Shown one piece after another: positions 9,385 through 19,024 of a stretch of 33,878 nt of DNA. Within the stretch, counting starts at the first letter, position 1. Every line of letters starts with the position of its first letter. The stretch is from NCBI GenBank assembly GCA_902797095.1, contig CADBRP010000222.1:1-33878 (forward strand), given 5' to 3'. Source of the stretch: an uncultured Eubacteriales bacterium (GTDB lineage: Bacteria > Bacillota > Clostridia > Peptostreptococcales > Anaerovoracaceae). The position numbers were made by a program, and so were the translations under genes. A model generated the notes under the pieces. The model made no database searches. It worked only from the letters and a program-made list of their open reading frames with translations, and was not told where the DNA came from.

Positions 9385-10314
9385 TTACTCGCATTTATCG
9401 AGAAGCTTTTCCCATTGCTCGTCAACATACTGCTGGGTCTCCTCGATCATCCACTCATTGCCCTTGCGGAACATATGGCGGAATCTTCCCTGCTTTGACA
9501 GGAACGCCTCGACAGGAAGCTTCTTCCTCGGTTCATAGGTGAGTCTCCAGACACCGTTTTCAATTTCATAGAGCGGCCATACGCAGGTATCGACCGCCAG
9601 GCGGCACATCTCCGGAAGATCCCCCGCCTCATATCTCCAGCCTCTCGGGCATGGGGACAGAATGTTCAGGAAGCAGGCACCTTCAGTATAGATGGCCTTA
9701 TGCGCCTTTGAATGGAGATCCCTGAAATCCCCGAGGAAAGTCGTCTGCGCCGCGTACGGAATGTTGTGGGCGGCCATGATCTCGGTCAGGTTCTTCTTGT
9801 TCTGGACCTTGCCCGGGATGACCGATCCCGCGGGAGATGTCGTCGCGTCCGCGAAACGCGGCGTTGAGGAAGCCCGCTGGATTCCAGTATTCATATACGC
9901 TTCATTGTCGTAGCATACATATACCATGTCGTGTCCGCGCTCCATCGCGCCGGACAGCGACTGCAGCCCGATATCATACGTGCCGCCGTCTCCTCCGAAG
10001 GTAATGAACTTGAAGGTCTCCTTTACCTTCCCCTTTTTCTTCAGGACGTTGTAGGCAGCCTCCACTCCGGACATGGTAGCGCCGGCGTTTTCAAACGCGC
10101 TGTGGATATAGCTGTCATAATATGCTGTATTCGGATAGATAAAGCTGGATACCTCGAGGCAGCCTGTGGCATTGCCCACTACCGCGCGGTCTCCCTCCTC
10201 GAGGGCGCGCAGCACGCCCCGGACGGCGATTCCTGCCCCGCATCCCGCGCAGAGCCTGTGTCCGCCCGCCAGGCGTTCCGGTTTCTCCAGTTCTTTTTTT
10301 AAGCTGTAAGCCAT
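9385..10314 (-). CDS. porB: 2-oxoacid (pyruvate/ketoisovalerate):ferredoxin oxidoreductase beta subunit, TPP-binding
   Basis: CAGCG, ATGC, GGDGG.YDIG...YDNEAYMNTG TPP motif, SPCP. Confidence 0.9.
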   Translation of the reverse strand: MAYSLKKELEKPERLAGGHRLCAGCGAGIAVRGVLRALEEGDRAVVGNATGCLEVSSFIYPNTAYYDSYIHSAFENAGATMSGVEAAYNVLKKKGKVKETFKFITFGGDGGTYDIGLQSLSGAMERGHDMVYVCYDNEAYMNTGIQRASSTPRFADATTSPAGSVIPGKVQNKKNLTEIMAAHNIPYAAQTTFLGDFRDLHSKAHKAIYTEGACFLNILSPCPRGWRYEAGDLPEMCRLAVDTCVWPLYEIENGVWRLTYEPRKKLPVEAFLSKQGRFRHMFRKGNEWMIEETQQYVDEQWEKLLDKCE

Positions 10315-10332
10315 TTATTCTTCCTCCTGCTT

Positions 10333-11526
10333 TTAACGGCGCCGTTCTTCCGCGTCCCGGACTCCAATATATCGGTATGTCTCTCCGGGTTCGCCCGATT
10401 CGGCGATCCGTCCAAGCGCGTCGAATACCTCAAAGAAATGATCCACTGTAACGTCTCTTCCGCCGAGTCCGTAAATATAGTTGACCATCAGCGGACGTTC
10501 CTTCCGGTCGTACAGAGCGGATCTGGTCTCGCTGAAAAGCGGGCCTCCGTTTCCGGAAAAGCTGTCCGTCTTGTCCATGACAGCAACGGCCTTAACGCCG
10601 CTCAACGCTTCCGCGATCAGTTTCGCCGGGAACGGCCGGAACACTCGCAGCTTGATCAGGCCTGCCCTGACCCCGCGTTCGCGGAGCTCGTCCACCGCCG
10701 CTTTTCCTGTGCCGGCGCTGGAGCCGATCACCACAACAGCGGTTTCCGCGTCCTCCATCCGGTATTCCTCAATGAATCCGTATGATCTTCCGGTAAGCTC
10801 TTCGAATCTGCGGGCCACATCCCCGATGATCTCTTCCGCGTCCATCATCGCCTGCGCCTGCTTCCGCTTGACTTCCATATAATAAGGCGCGGTTCCGTAG
10901 GGGCCGACCGCGAGAGGATTTCTGTCATTGAGCAGATAGTCCTCAGGTTCATATTCGCCGACAAAGGCCTTTACCTTCTCATCCTCGATCAGCTGGATGT
11001 TGGAAACGCCGTGACTGGTGATGAACCCGTCCTGGCATACCATGATCGGCAGCCTGGCAGCTTCCGTTATCAGAACCGCCTGGATAAAGTTATCATATAC
11101 TTCCTGGTTATTCTCCGCGTAGATCTGAAGCCATCCGGAATCTCTCGCTCCCATTGAATCGGAGTGATCGTTTCCGATGCTGATAGGGCCTGTCAGCGCT
11201 CTGTTAGCGACCGCCATCGTCAGCGGCAGCCTGGAGGAGGCAGCCACGTAGAGAAGCTCCCACATGAACGCCAGCCCGCAGGAGGATGTCGCCGTCATCG
11301 CCCGGGCGCCGGCGGCAGATGCGCCGATGCATACCGACATGGCGCTGTGCTCCGATTCCACCGGGACAAACTGGGTGTCCACCTGTCCGTTTGCCATAAA
11401 CTGTGAAAAATACTCCGGGATCTCCGTAGACGGCGTGATAGGGAAGGCCCCCATCACATCCGGATTGATCTGACGCATCGCTGTAGCGACCGCTTCGTTT
11501 CCGGACATTCGTTCTCTGATTGCCAC
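10333..11526 (-). CDS. porA: 2-oxoacid:ferredoxin oxidoreductase alpha subunit
   Basis: FPITPST, ESEHSA, TATSS.GL, DHSD, FRPFP, YGLGGRD; GTG start at 11526 after AAGGAGG, overlapping the porD TAG. Confidence 0.9.
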   Translation of the reverse strand: MAIRERMSGNEAVATAMRQINPDVMGAFPITPSTEIPEYFSQFMANGQVDTQFVPVESEHSAMSVCIGASAAGARAMTATSSCGLAFMWELLYVAASSRLPLTMAVANRALTGPISIGNDHSDSMGARDSGWLQIYAENNQEVYDNFIQAVLITEAARLPIMVCQDGFITSHGVSNIQLIEDEKVKAFVGEYEPEDYLLNDRNPLAVGPYGTAPYYMEVKRKQAQAMMDAEEIIGDVARRFEELTGRSYGFIEEYRMEDAETAVVVIGSSAGTGKAAVDELRERGVRAGLIKLRVFRPFPAKLIAEALSGVKAVAVMDKTDSFSGNGGPLFSETRSALYDRKERPLMVNYIYGLGGRDVTVDHFFEVFDALGRIAESGEPGETYRYIGVRDAEERRR

Positions 11527-11834
11527 TATCTCGCCTCCTTTACAAAGTCGATCGCGTCGAAGGGACATACGCTTACGCAGATACCGCAGCCTTTGCAGTG
11601 ATCAAAATCAAAATCGCCCCTTCTGCCCTCCTTCACCGGAATAGAACTGTCCGGACAGAAAGGAACACAAAGAAGACACTGCTTGCATTTTTCTTCTTTG
11701 AACACCGGAGCCATCACTCTCCATTCGCCCGTTTTGATCATTGTCGAAGTCGCGGGCTCATAGATTTCCGCTCCCGGCGTAATATCCTGCCATGTGATCT
11801 TCTCATTGATATCGGCAGCTTTCATCTTACTCAT
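11526..11834 (-). CDS. porD: 2-oxoacid:ferredoxin oxidoreductase delta subunit (2x[4Fe-4S])
   Basis: TGEWR, CKQCLLCVPFCP and CKGCGICVSVCP. Confidence 0.9.
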   Translation of the reverse strand: MSKMKAADINEKITWQDITPGAEIYEPATSTMIKTGEWRVMAPVFKEEKCKQCLLCVPFCPDSSIPVKEGRRGDFDFDHCKGCGICVSVCPFDAIDFVKEAR

Positions 11835-12421
11835 TCTACATATACCTCTTCCATGGTTTTCGTGAGCGCCTTCATATTGCCCTCGATGACCTCCGGCTTG
11901 GTGCGGAATTTATGTTCGAAGGATTTCTTCATATCCTTTGTGAACTGCGCCTGGTCAAGAACGCCGCTTGCCTTTACAACGGCGGCGAGCATCGGCGTGT
12001 TGGGGAAATTTCTTCCCAGCGTCTCTGTGGAAATGCGTTCCGCGTCCACGACGCAGAGTCTGCCGTCGTAGCCGCCCAGCATCTGTCTGATCTCAGAAGA
12101 CTCCTTTTTGCTGTTGATGATAAGTATGCCGCCTTCCCTCATTCCCTTGAGGACATCCACCGAATGAAGCAGCGTCTCGTCGACAACTACAACATGGTCC
12201 GGCGTATAGATATTGGAGTGCACGCTGCATTCCTCATCGGAGATCCTGTTGTATGCTGTAATAGGCGCGCCCATCCGTTCAGGGCCGTACTCGGGAAATC
12301 CCTGTACATATTTGCCCGAAAAAAAAGCCGCTTCCGCCAGCAGCAGACAGGCTGTTTTCGCGCCCTGTCCGCCGCGTCCGTGCCAGCGTATTTCCACTGG
12401 CCTGTTTACCTGAGATGACAT
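11831..12421 (-). CDS. porC: 2-oxoacid:ferredoxin oxidoreductase gamma subunit
   Basis: EIRWHGRGGQG, YGPERMGAP, PNTPML. Confidence 0.9.
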   Translation of the reverse strand: MSSQVNRPVEIRWHGRGGQGAKTACLLLAEAAFFSGKYVQGFPEYGPERMGAPITAYNRISDEECSVHSNIYTPDHVVVVDETLLHSVDVLKGMREGGILIINSKKESSEIRQMLGGYDGRLCVVDAERISTETLGRNFPNTPMLAAVVKASGVLDQAQFTKDMKKSFEHKFRTKPEVIEGNMKALTKTMEEVYVE

Positions 12422-12479
12422 TTCTTCTTTTGACTACCTTTCTGTAATACCAAAAAAACGCTCTTAAACCTGCCCGTAT

Positions 12480-12508
12480 AGAATACATGACAGGTTCTGT
12501 AATGTCAA
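12480..12508 (-). promoter_or_regulatory. Sigma-A promoter of por-ior-paaK operon
   Basis: TTGACA (12508-12503) - 17 nt - TATTCT (12485-12480). Confidence 0.7.
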
Positions 12509-12560
12509 TATTTTTTGTTTCTGAAACACAATTGATTTTTCATTAATTTGTGTTTTGCCC

Positions 12561-13745
12561 CTATGCTGGATAGATCGTTACCACCTCATCTGACGCTACC
12601 GCGGCCTCGATCAGCGCCTCGCAGTCAAGCCTGCTCTCGGATTCAAGGATCCTCTCCAGCTTCGGCTTCGTTACCGGATGCTTCGGCAGGAAGACCGTGC
12701 AGCAGTCCTCATAGGGCTCAATGGATTTTTCATATGTCCCGATCTCTTTCGCCAGATCCATGATATCCACTTTATCCATGCCGATCAGCGGGCGCATGAC
12801 AGGCATGTTCACGCAGGCGTCTGTCACGACCAGAGCCTCGGCGGTCTGGCTGGCGACCTGCCCCAGGTTTTCCCCTGTGATCAGCATATTGCAGTCATTG
12901 CTCACGGCCAGCCTTTCCGCGATTCTCATCATGAAGCGCCTGACCAGGATCGTCGTTTCCTCCTCCGGACAGTTTCTTACGATCTGCTCCTGTATCGGCA
13001 GAAGGTTGATCACATGCATGCGGAATCTGCCGCAGTATGTCGCGACGAGAGACGCCAGCTCCTCCACCTTATCCCTCGCCCGTTCACTGGTATAGGGGTA
13101 GGAATGGAAATGGACCGCTTCGATGAGCATTCCGCGCTTCGCCATCATCCATGTGGATACCGGGGAATCGATTCCTCCGGAGAGCAGCGACATCCCCTTT
13201 CCGTTTGTGCCGAGGGGAAGACCGCCGAATCCGGGGATCTTGTCCTGGTAGATATATGTTTTATCGTGTCTTACATCCACGAAAAGCCTGCAGTCCGGAT
13301 TATGCACGTCCACCTTCAGGACCTTGCATCCCTTCAGAACGGCGGCGCCGATCCGGCGGCCGATCTCAGGGGATTTCACCGGAAAATTCTTGTCCGCTCT
13401 TTTTGCTTCAACCTTAAAGGTCTTTATTCCGCGTTCCTCGATCGCCTCCAGCATGTACCTGACCGCCGCCTCGCCGATGGCCTCCATCGTGCTTTCGCAT
13501 TCCGCGGCAGGGCTGATGGACGCCACGCCGAACACCTTTGAGATCTCGCGGATGATCGCCCCCTTATCAAGAGAGCTGTCCGCCCTGACGAAGATCAGTC
13601 CTTCATGCCTGTACACGGATACCCCGTCGAATTTCTTCAGAAGCTTGCGGATCCGTTCCGCGAGCATGCGCTCAAAAAACGGCTTGTTCATTCCCTTCAG
13701 AGCGACTTCGCCGCACCGGACGATAAAAATATGTTCTTCACCCAT
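12561..13745 (-). CDS. thiI: tRNA 4-thiouridine sulfurtransferase ThiI (short form without rhodanese domain)
   Basis: GEVALKG, THUMP domain, GGLPLG, PP-loop LLSGGIDSPV, GENLGQVASQT, RPLIGMDK, EDCC. Confidence 0.95.
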   Translation of the reverse strand: MGEEHIFIVRCGEVALKGMNKPFFERMLAERIRKLLKKFDGVSVYRHEGLIFVRADSSLDKGAIIREISKVFGVASISPAAECESTMEAIGEAAVRYMLEAIEERGIKTFKVEAKRADKNFPVKSPEIGRRIGAAVLKGCKVLKVDVHNPDCRLFVDVRHDKTYIYQDKIPGFGGLPLGTNGKGMSLLSGGIDSPVSTWMMAKRGMLIEAVHFHSYPYTSERARDKVEELASLVATYCGRFRMHVINLLPIQEQIVRNCPEEETTILVRRFMMRIAERLAVSNDCNMLITGENLGQVASQTAEALVVTDACVNMPVMRPLIGMDKVDIMDLAKEIGTYEKSIEPYEDCCTVFLPKHPVTKPKLERILESESRLDCEALIEAAVASDEVVTIYPA

Positions 13746-13757
13746 CGTTATTCTCCT

Positions 13758-14921
13758 TTAACGGAAGCTTCCCAGCTTTCTGAAACTGCGCACCGCTTCC
13801 GCGGCGGCTCCGGCGGCTTCCTTTATCTCTTCCTCTGTATTGTATCCGCTGAAGCTGAACCGGATGGCTCCCTCGATGTCTCTGTCGGAAAGCCCCATCG
13901 CCTTCAGCACATGGCTCCTGCCTTTCTTATTGGAAGAGCAGGCGGATCCGGTAGATACACATATCCCTTTCTGTTCCAGCGTGTGCAGGATCACCTCTCC
14001 GCGCGTTCCCGGAAAACTGACATTGAGCACTGAAGCGCAGCACTCTCCGGGGCGGGTTCCGCTCTCAAGCGGACCGCTGACCTTCACGTCTTCCGTCTTC
14101 GCCTTCAGCTCATCGATCATCAGGCTGCGAAGCCGGGCGATCCTTTCCATCCGCTCTTTCATATCCTTTGCGGCCATTTCCGCCGCAAGGCCGAATCCCG
14201 CTATAGCGGGAACGTTCTCTGTACCGGAACGCAGGCCGCCTTCCTGGCCCCCGCCGTAAATATACGGCTTCAAATGCAGGCCTTCTCTTAGAATGAGGGC
14301 TCCGCTCCCCTTCGGCCCGTGGATCTTATGTCCGCTGACCGAGATCATATCCGCCTTCTTCGGAAGCGGGATTTTCCCGAAGCTCTGCACAGCGTCGCAG
14401 TGCAGCAGCGCGGGGGATTTTTTCGCGCGTATGATATCCGCCAGTTCATCGACAGGCATGATCGCGCCCGTCTCATTGTTGACCTGCATAACAGAAACCA
14501 GGATCGTGCTGCTGTCGATGGCGCTCTCCGCCTCCGCAGGATCCAGGCAGCACCGGCTGTCCACCCCGAGGCGGATCACCTCATATCCCATCTCCTCGAG
14601 ATGCTTCATGCACTCCAGGATCGCGGGATGCTCCACTGCTGTGGTCACGATCTTCTTCCCCTGCCGCCTTCCCGCGCGCGCGGCGGAGAAGACAGCTGTG
14701 TTGTCAGCCTCCGTGCCGCCGGAAGTGAGCACGGCGCGCCCCCGGGGCATGCCGGAAGCCCGCAGGATCTGATTGCGCGCTTCCTTCAGTATTCTCTCGG
14801 CCTCAAGGCCCGCCCTGTGCAGCGAGGAAGGATTCCCGTAGGTTTCCTCCATGCACCGGATCATGATCCCGGTGACCTCGTCATGCTGTCTCGTTGTGGC
14901 GCTGTTATCAAGATAAATCAT
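13758..14921 (-). CDS. Cysteine desulfurase (IscS/NifZ-type, paired with ThiI)
   Basis: IYLDNSATT, GNPSS, TSGGTE, VNNETG, HCDAVQ, SGHKIHGPKG, STGSACSS; adjacent to thiI as in B. subtilis nifZ-thiI. Confidence 0.92.
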   Translation of the reverse strand: MIYLDNSATTRQHDEVTGIMIRCMEETYGNPSSLHRAGLEAERILKEARNQILRASGMPRGRAVLTSGGTEADNTAVFSAARAGRRQGKKIVTTAVEHPAILECMKHLEEMGYEVIRLGVDSRCCLDPAEAESAIDSSTILVSVMQVNNETGAIMPVDELADIIRAKKSPALLHCDAVQSFGKIPLPKKADMISVSGHKIHGPKGSGALILREGLHLKPYIYGGGQEGGLRSGTENVPAIAGFGLAAEMAAKDMKERMERIARLRSLMIDELKAKTEDVKVSGPLESGTRPGECCASVLNVSFPGTRGEVILHTLEQKGICVSTGSACSSNKKGRSHVLKAMGLSDRDIEGAIRFSFSGYNTEEEIKEAAGAAAEAVRSFRKLGSFR

Positions 14922-14946
14922 ACTTGCTGTTTCCGTACCGTTCCCG

Positions 14947-14979
14947 AAAAAAACCGCTGCGGACTGTCACAGCGGTTTT
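14947..14979 (-). terminator. Intrinsic terminator after rny
   Basis: AAAACCGCTG...CAGCGGTTTT inverted repeat with 7-U run on the minus strand. Confidence 0.7.
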
Positions 14980-15004
14980 CCGTATTTCTCTGTGTGTTTC
15001 CTTT

Positions 15005-16546
15005 TTATTTCGCGTAATCGATCGCCCTGGTCTCCCGGATGACATTGACCTTGATCTGTCCCGGATACTCAAGTTCGGACTCGATCTTCTTCGAAATATC
15101 TCTTGCCAGAAGTGCGATGGCGTCATCACCGACCTCATCCGGCTTGGCGACGATCCTGATTTCGCGTCCCGCCTGAATAGCGTATGATGTTTCTACACCT
15201 TCTGTAGTGTTCGCGATCTCCTCCAGCTTCTGAAGCCGCTTGATATAGGACTCCAGCGTCTCGCGTCTCGCTCCGGGCCTTGCCGCCGACAGAGCGTCTG
15301 CCGCCGCAATCAGCACCGCTTCCACGGACTTCGGCTCATAATCGCCGTGATGCGCCGCCATGCCGTTGATGACCGCGTCGGATTCCTTGTACTTCTTCAG
15401 CACTTCCATGCCGATATCCACATGGGTGCCTTCCCTTTCATGGTCAAGCGCCTTGCCGATATCGTGAAGCAGTCCGGCGCGTTTCGCCAGCGTAACATCC
15501 AGGCCAAGTTCTCCCGCCATCAGGCCGGCAAGATTCGCGACCTCGACAGAATGCTTGAGGACATTCTGTCCGTAGGATGTTCTGTATTTCAGTCTTCCCA
15601 GCAGCTTCACAAGCTCCGGATGCAGATTGTGGATGCCGACCTCGAATGTGGCCTGCTCGCCTTCCTCCTTGATAATGGCGTTTACTTCCCTCTCAGCCTT
15701 ATGGACCATCTCTTCGATCCTGGCCGGATGGATCCGCCCGTCTACGATAAGCTTTTCGAGAGCGATTCTCGCGATCTCCCTTCTTACCGGATCAAATCCG
15801 GAAAGGATCACAGCTTCCGGCGTATCGTCAATGATCAGATCGATTCCGGTGGCGTTCTCTATCGCGCGGATATTTCTGCCCTCACGGCCGATGATGCGTC
15901 CCTTCATCTCATCATTGGGAAGCGGCACCACAGAAACCGTGGATTCCGCCACATGATCCGCCGCGCAGCGCTGGATGGCTCCGGTGATGATTTCCTTTGC
16001 CTTCTTGTCCGCGTCCTCCTTCGCTTTGTTTTCGATTTCCTTGTAGAGCTGAGCCGCTTCGCTTCTGGCTTCTCTCTCCACCTTCTCCAGGATGATCTCT
16101 CTCGCCTGGTCGATGGAATATCCGGAAATTTTTTCCAGTTCTTCGAGCTGCCGCTTCAGCGCGCGGTCCATCTCCTGCTGTTTCTTCGTAATATTCCGTT
16201 CTTTATTGGTGATGTTTTCTTCCTTTTTTTCTATATTTTCGAGCTTTTTGTCTATAGACTCTTCCTTCTGAATCAGTCTTCTCTCTGATTTCTGAATCTC
16301 ATTTCTACGCTCGCGGATCTCTTTCTCCGCGTCATTTCTCAGTCTGTGCGTCTCCTCCTTCGCCTCAAGCACCAGTTCCTTTCTGATGGTATCCGCTCTG
16401 TTTTCGGCATCCAGGATCAGGTTTTTCGCTTTGATTTCAGCGTTTCCGATCGTTTTCTCACCGATTGACTTTCGCAGTATATATCCAACCAGTATTCCGA
16501 TGACAAGGGCCAGTACGCCGACAACAATCAGCAGTAATGCTCCCAT
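15005..16546 (-). CDS. rny: Ribonuclease Y
   Basis: N-terminal TM helix, coiled coil, KH domain [15 protein letters not shown] domain [24 protein letters not shown]. Confidence 0.97.
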   Translation of the reverse strand: MGALLLIVVGVLALVIGILVGYILRKSIGEKTIGNAEIKAKNLILDAENRADTIRKELVLEAKEETHRLRNDAEKEIRERRNEIQKSERRLIQKEESIDKKLENIEKKEENITNKERNITKKQQEMDRALKRQLEELEKISGYSIDQAREIILEKVEREARSEAAQLYKEIENKAKEDADKKAKEIITGAIQRCAADHVAESTVSVVPLPNDEMKGRIIGREGRNIRAIENATGIDLIIDDTPEAVILSGFDPVRREIARIALEKLIVDGRIHPARIEEMVHKAEREVNAIIKEEGEQATFEVGIHNLHPELVKLLGRLKYRTSYGQNVLKHSVEVANLAGLMAGELGLDVTLAKRAGLLHDIGKALDHEREGTHVDIGMEVLKKYKESDAVINGMAAHHGDYEPKSVEAVLIAAADALSAARPGARRETLESYIKRLQKLEEIANTTEGVETSYAIQAGREIRIVAKPDEVGDDAIALLARDISKKIESELEYPGQIKVNVIRETRAIDYAK

Positions 16547-16667
16547 ACGGTTTTCTCCTCCTTAATTCACTTTTCAAGTTTCAATTCTATGTAGTTGATA
16601 TTTCGCCCGAAATATCAGAAGTATTACTATGACAGTAATATATAAAAAGTTAAAAACATACATATTG

Positions 16668-16696
16668 ATTATATGCGTTTTTGCCTGTCAAGTCAA
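16668..16696 (-). promoter_or_regulatory. Sigma-A promoter of rny
   Basis: TTGACT - 17 nt - TATAAT. Confidence 0.75.
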
Positions 16697-16779
16697 CGAA
16701 TCCCGCCGAAAAGCCGAAAAAACGACGGGATCCTCTCATGCCATATCAGGCGGTTTTTAAGTTTGTCCGCGGACGCGAT

Positions 16780-18870
16780 CTATCTGAATTCCATCGCGTT
16801 CAGGAAGATATTCTGGAAATCCGGTTCCTCCGCCAGCTGGATATGCTCCAGTTTCTCCGGGATCTGCTGAATCCGGAGCGCCTCCTTTGAGCTCGCCAGC
16901 GCCATCAGCGTCCCCGCGCCGGCCGCGTTTCCCGCAGGAATGATCTTCCCGGGGTCTATGCCCGGAAGCAGCCCGATCGCAGCCGCGCTGTTCTTACCGA
17001 TATAATTTCCGAACGCCCCGGCGATAATAACGCGGTCAAGCTGTTCCGGAGCGCTGCCTGTGCGGCGCGTCACGATCCTTATGCCCGCCTCGACCGCGGC
17101 TTTCGCCAGCTGCAATTCCCGGATATCCTTCTGTGTAATGATAATGTCTTCGCCGTTTTCCTTTCCGACGAGCACGAATTCACGTCCGCCTTCACCGTCT
17201 CTTATCCGTTCGCAGAGCAGCGAGCCCGGATGTTCCTCCTCAAATTCTTCCGGGGAAACGATCCTTCCGGTCCTGTCGATGATCCCGGTCCTTCTCATTT
17301 CAGCGGCGGCGTCGATCAAGCCTGACCCGCAGACGCCTTCCGGCGGAACGCCTCCTATTACCCTGAAAAGAACGTCGTCTCCGGCGATCTGTATCTTCTC
17401 GACTGCGCCCCGCGCAGCGCGCATACCCTGATAGATGGCCGCTCCTTCAAAGGCAGGCCCCGCAGCCGCTGAGCAGGTGAACATCCTTCTATTGTCTGAA
17501 AAAACGATCTCACCGTTGGTTCCGATATCTATAAACAGCGTTTTCCCTTTCCGTTCCTCAATGCGTGCCGCCAGTATTCCCGCGGTGATATCCCCGCCCA
17601 CATGGCCGGCAATATTCGGAATCAGCATGACGACCGCGTCCTCCCGGATCTTAAGTCCCGCCTCAGCGGCTCTGCGAAAGACAGTCCCCGTATACGCAGG
17701 GTCAAAAGGCGCCCGGGCCAGCGTTTTCGGATCAAATCCCGCAAACAGATGCGACATGACCGTATTTCCGCAGACAGCCGCGCGGACGATCTCCTCCGGA
17801 CCCGCGCCGGATATTTCGCAGAGCTTTTCTGTGATCCTGTTCAGGCAGCCGGTGATCTTATCATGCAGGATCTTCAGGTTCTCTTTCTTTTCTCCCGCAA
17901 AAGCGAGCCTTGAGATCACATCGGCGCCATACTCACTCTGCGGGTTGGTTTCCGCGGCAGCGGCGATCTGCCGTCCGCGGCGGATATCCCAGAGCATGCC
18001 GGCGACCGTCGTCGTTCCTATATCGAACGCGATCCCGTACCCCTTTTCATCTGTTTCCGGTACAAAGTCCTCCGGAAAGACCAGCATTTCTGTTTTTCTG
18101 TCATCGGCTCCCGTTATCATGCCGGCGTCCTTGCAGCGCCCGCACGCGGAGCAGTTACCTGTGCATCTGAACATTTTTCTGTTCCTGTTCTTAATGCTGC
18201 AGAAGCCGCAGCCTGCTGCCGCGCCCTTGCAGTCCGCGCACGCCTTATCCAGGGCGGCATACCCTTCTCCGACCTCCAGATACAGCCCGCCGCAGGATTT
18301 CAGGGGAACCAGGATCCCGTTTTCCCGGACCTCGATTCCGATCAGAGAGGGATCGGCGAGCTTCGCCAGGTCTTTCATCTGACGAAGATCCATCCCGTAA
18401 AAGCCCGGCCCGAACTCATCCGACAGATCCGCCTCTTTCTCCAGAGCGAGGCGGCAGTATTTCCTGGCCGCGTCCGCGAAAGCGGTGCCCCACATATCCG
18501 CGAGCAGCTGATCCATGACCGGTCTTTCCTCCAGACGATACTCCCCCGCGAAGATAAACCAGGCATACGCGCCCCGGATCTGTTCCTTTCCGATCTGTTC
18601 AAAAGCATTGCATCTGAACGCGACGCCGTCAATGGTGATTTCTTTTCCTTCCTTGCGGACGCGGTCCGCCGGAAAATAGCTGCAGACCGCCTTCGGATCG
18701 ATTCCACCGCTGATTTCCCTGAGAATCTCCGAGCTCATTTCCCCCAGGCCTCCGGGCGTCTTCCCGTTCCGGCCCGCGCCGCTCATGCCCGCAAAAAGAC
18801 GCTCCGCTTCATTATGAAGGGCCGTGATGTCAAACTGTATGATCCGGTTTCGAATGATTTTTTCGGACAT
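16780..18870 (-). CDS. ASKHA/RACE-family ATP-dependent corrinoid activator with N-terminal MetH-activation-like domain and Cys-rich linker
   Basis: C-terminal part: DIGTTT, NPQ..YGADVISR, GNTVM.HL, GHVGGD, DIGTNGE, AAGPAFEG, GVCGSG, ITQKDIRELQLAK, AGAFG, GNAA. N-terminal part: D..GTAF.D, FGPGFYG, IGI.V.E.G.LVP.KS..G resembling stand-alone methionine synthase activation domains. Confidence 0.85.
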   Translation of the reverse strand: MSEKIIRNRIIQFDITALHNEAERLFAGMSGAGRNGKTPGGLGEMSSEILREISGGIDPKAVCSYFPADRVRKEGKEITIDGVAFRCNAFEQIGKEQIRGAYAWFIFAGEYRLEERPVMDQLLADMWGTAFADAARKYCRLALEKEADLSDEFGPGFYGMDLRQMKDLAKLADPSLIGIEVRENGILVPLKSCGGLYLEVGEGYAALDKACADCKGAAAGCGFCSIKNRNRKMFRCTGNCSACGRCKDAGMITGADDRKTEMLVFPEDFVPETDEKGYGIAFDIGTTTVAGMLWDIRRGRQIAAAAETNPQSEYGADVISRLAFAGEKKENLKILHDKITGCLNRITEKLCEISGAGPEEIVRAAVCGNTVMSHLFAGFDPKTLARAPFDPAYTGTVFRRAAEAGLKIREDAVVMLIPNIAGHVGGDITAGILAARIEERKGKTLFIDIGTNGEIVFSDNRRMFTCSAAAGPAFEGAAIYQGMRAARGAVEKIQIAGDDVLFRVIGGVPPEGVCGSGLIDAAAEMRRTGIIDRTGRIVSPEEFEEEHPGSLLCERIRDGEGGREFVLVGKENGEDIIITQKDIRELQLAKAAVEAGIRIVTRRTGSAPEQLDRVIIAGAFGNYIGKNSAAAIGLLPGIDPGKIIPAGNAAGAGTLMALASSKEALRIQQIPEKLEHIQLAEEPDFQNIFLNAMEFR

Positions 18871-18961
18871 ATTGTCTCCCGCCGTTTTTTCCGCAGCATG
18901 AAATATACTTGTTCTCTTCAGCTCTTCGCAGAGCCATCCGGGCCGCCTCCGGACTGCCGCC

Positions 18962-19024
18962 GGACTGTTTCCGGTTCATCGTCTGGAGGACCGTTTCCGG
19001 TTCATCGTCTGGAGGACCGTTTCC
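18962..19024. repeat. 26-bp tandem repeat (about 2.4 copies) spanning the CoA-transferase stop codon
   Basis: GGA(C/T)GTTTCCGGTTCATCGTCTGGA-type unit at 18962-18987 and 18988-19013 (one mismatch), partial copy 19014-19024. Confidence 0.9.

Noticed and set aside
18962-19024. CRISPR array
   Set aside because: Adjacent tandem copies with no spacers and no cas genes
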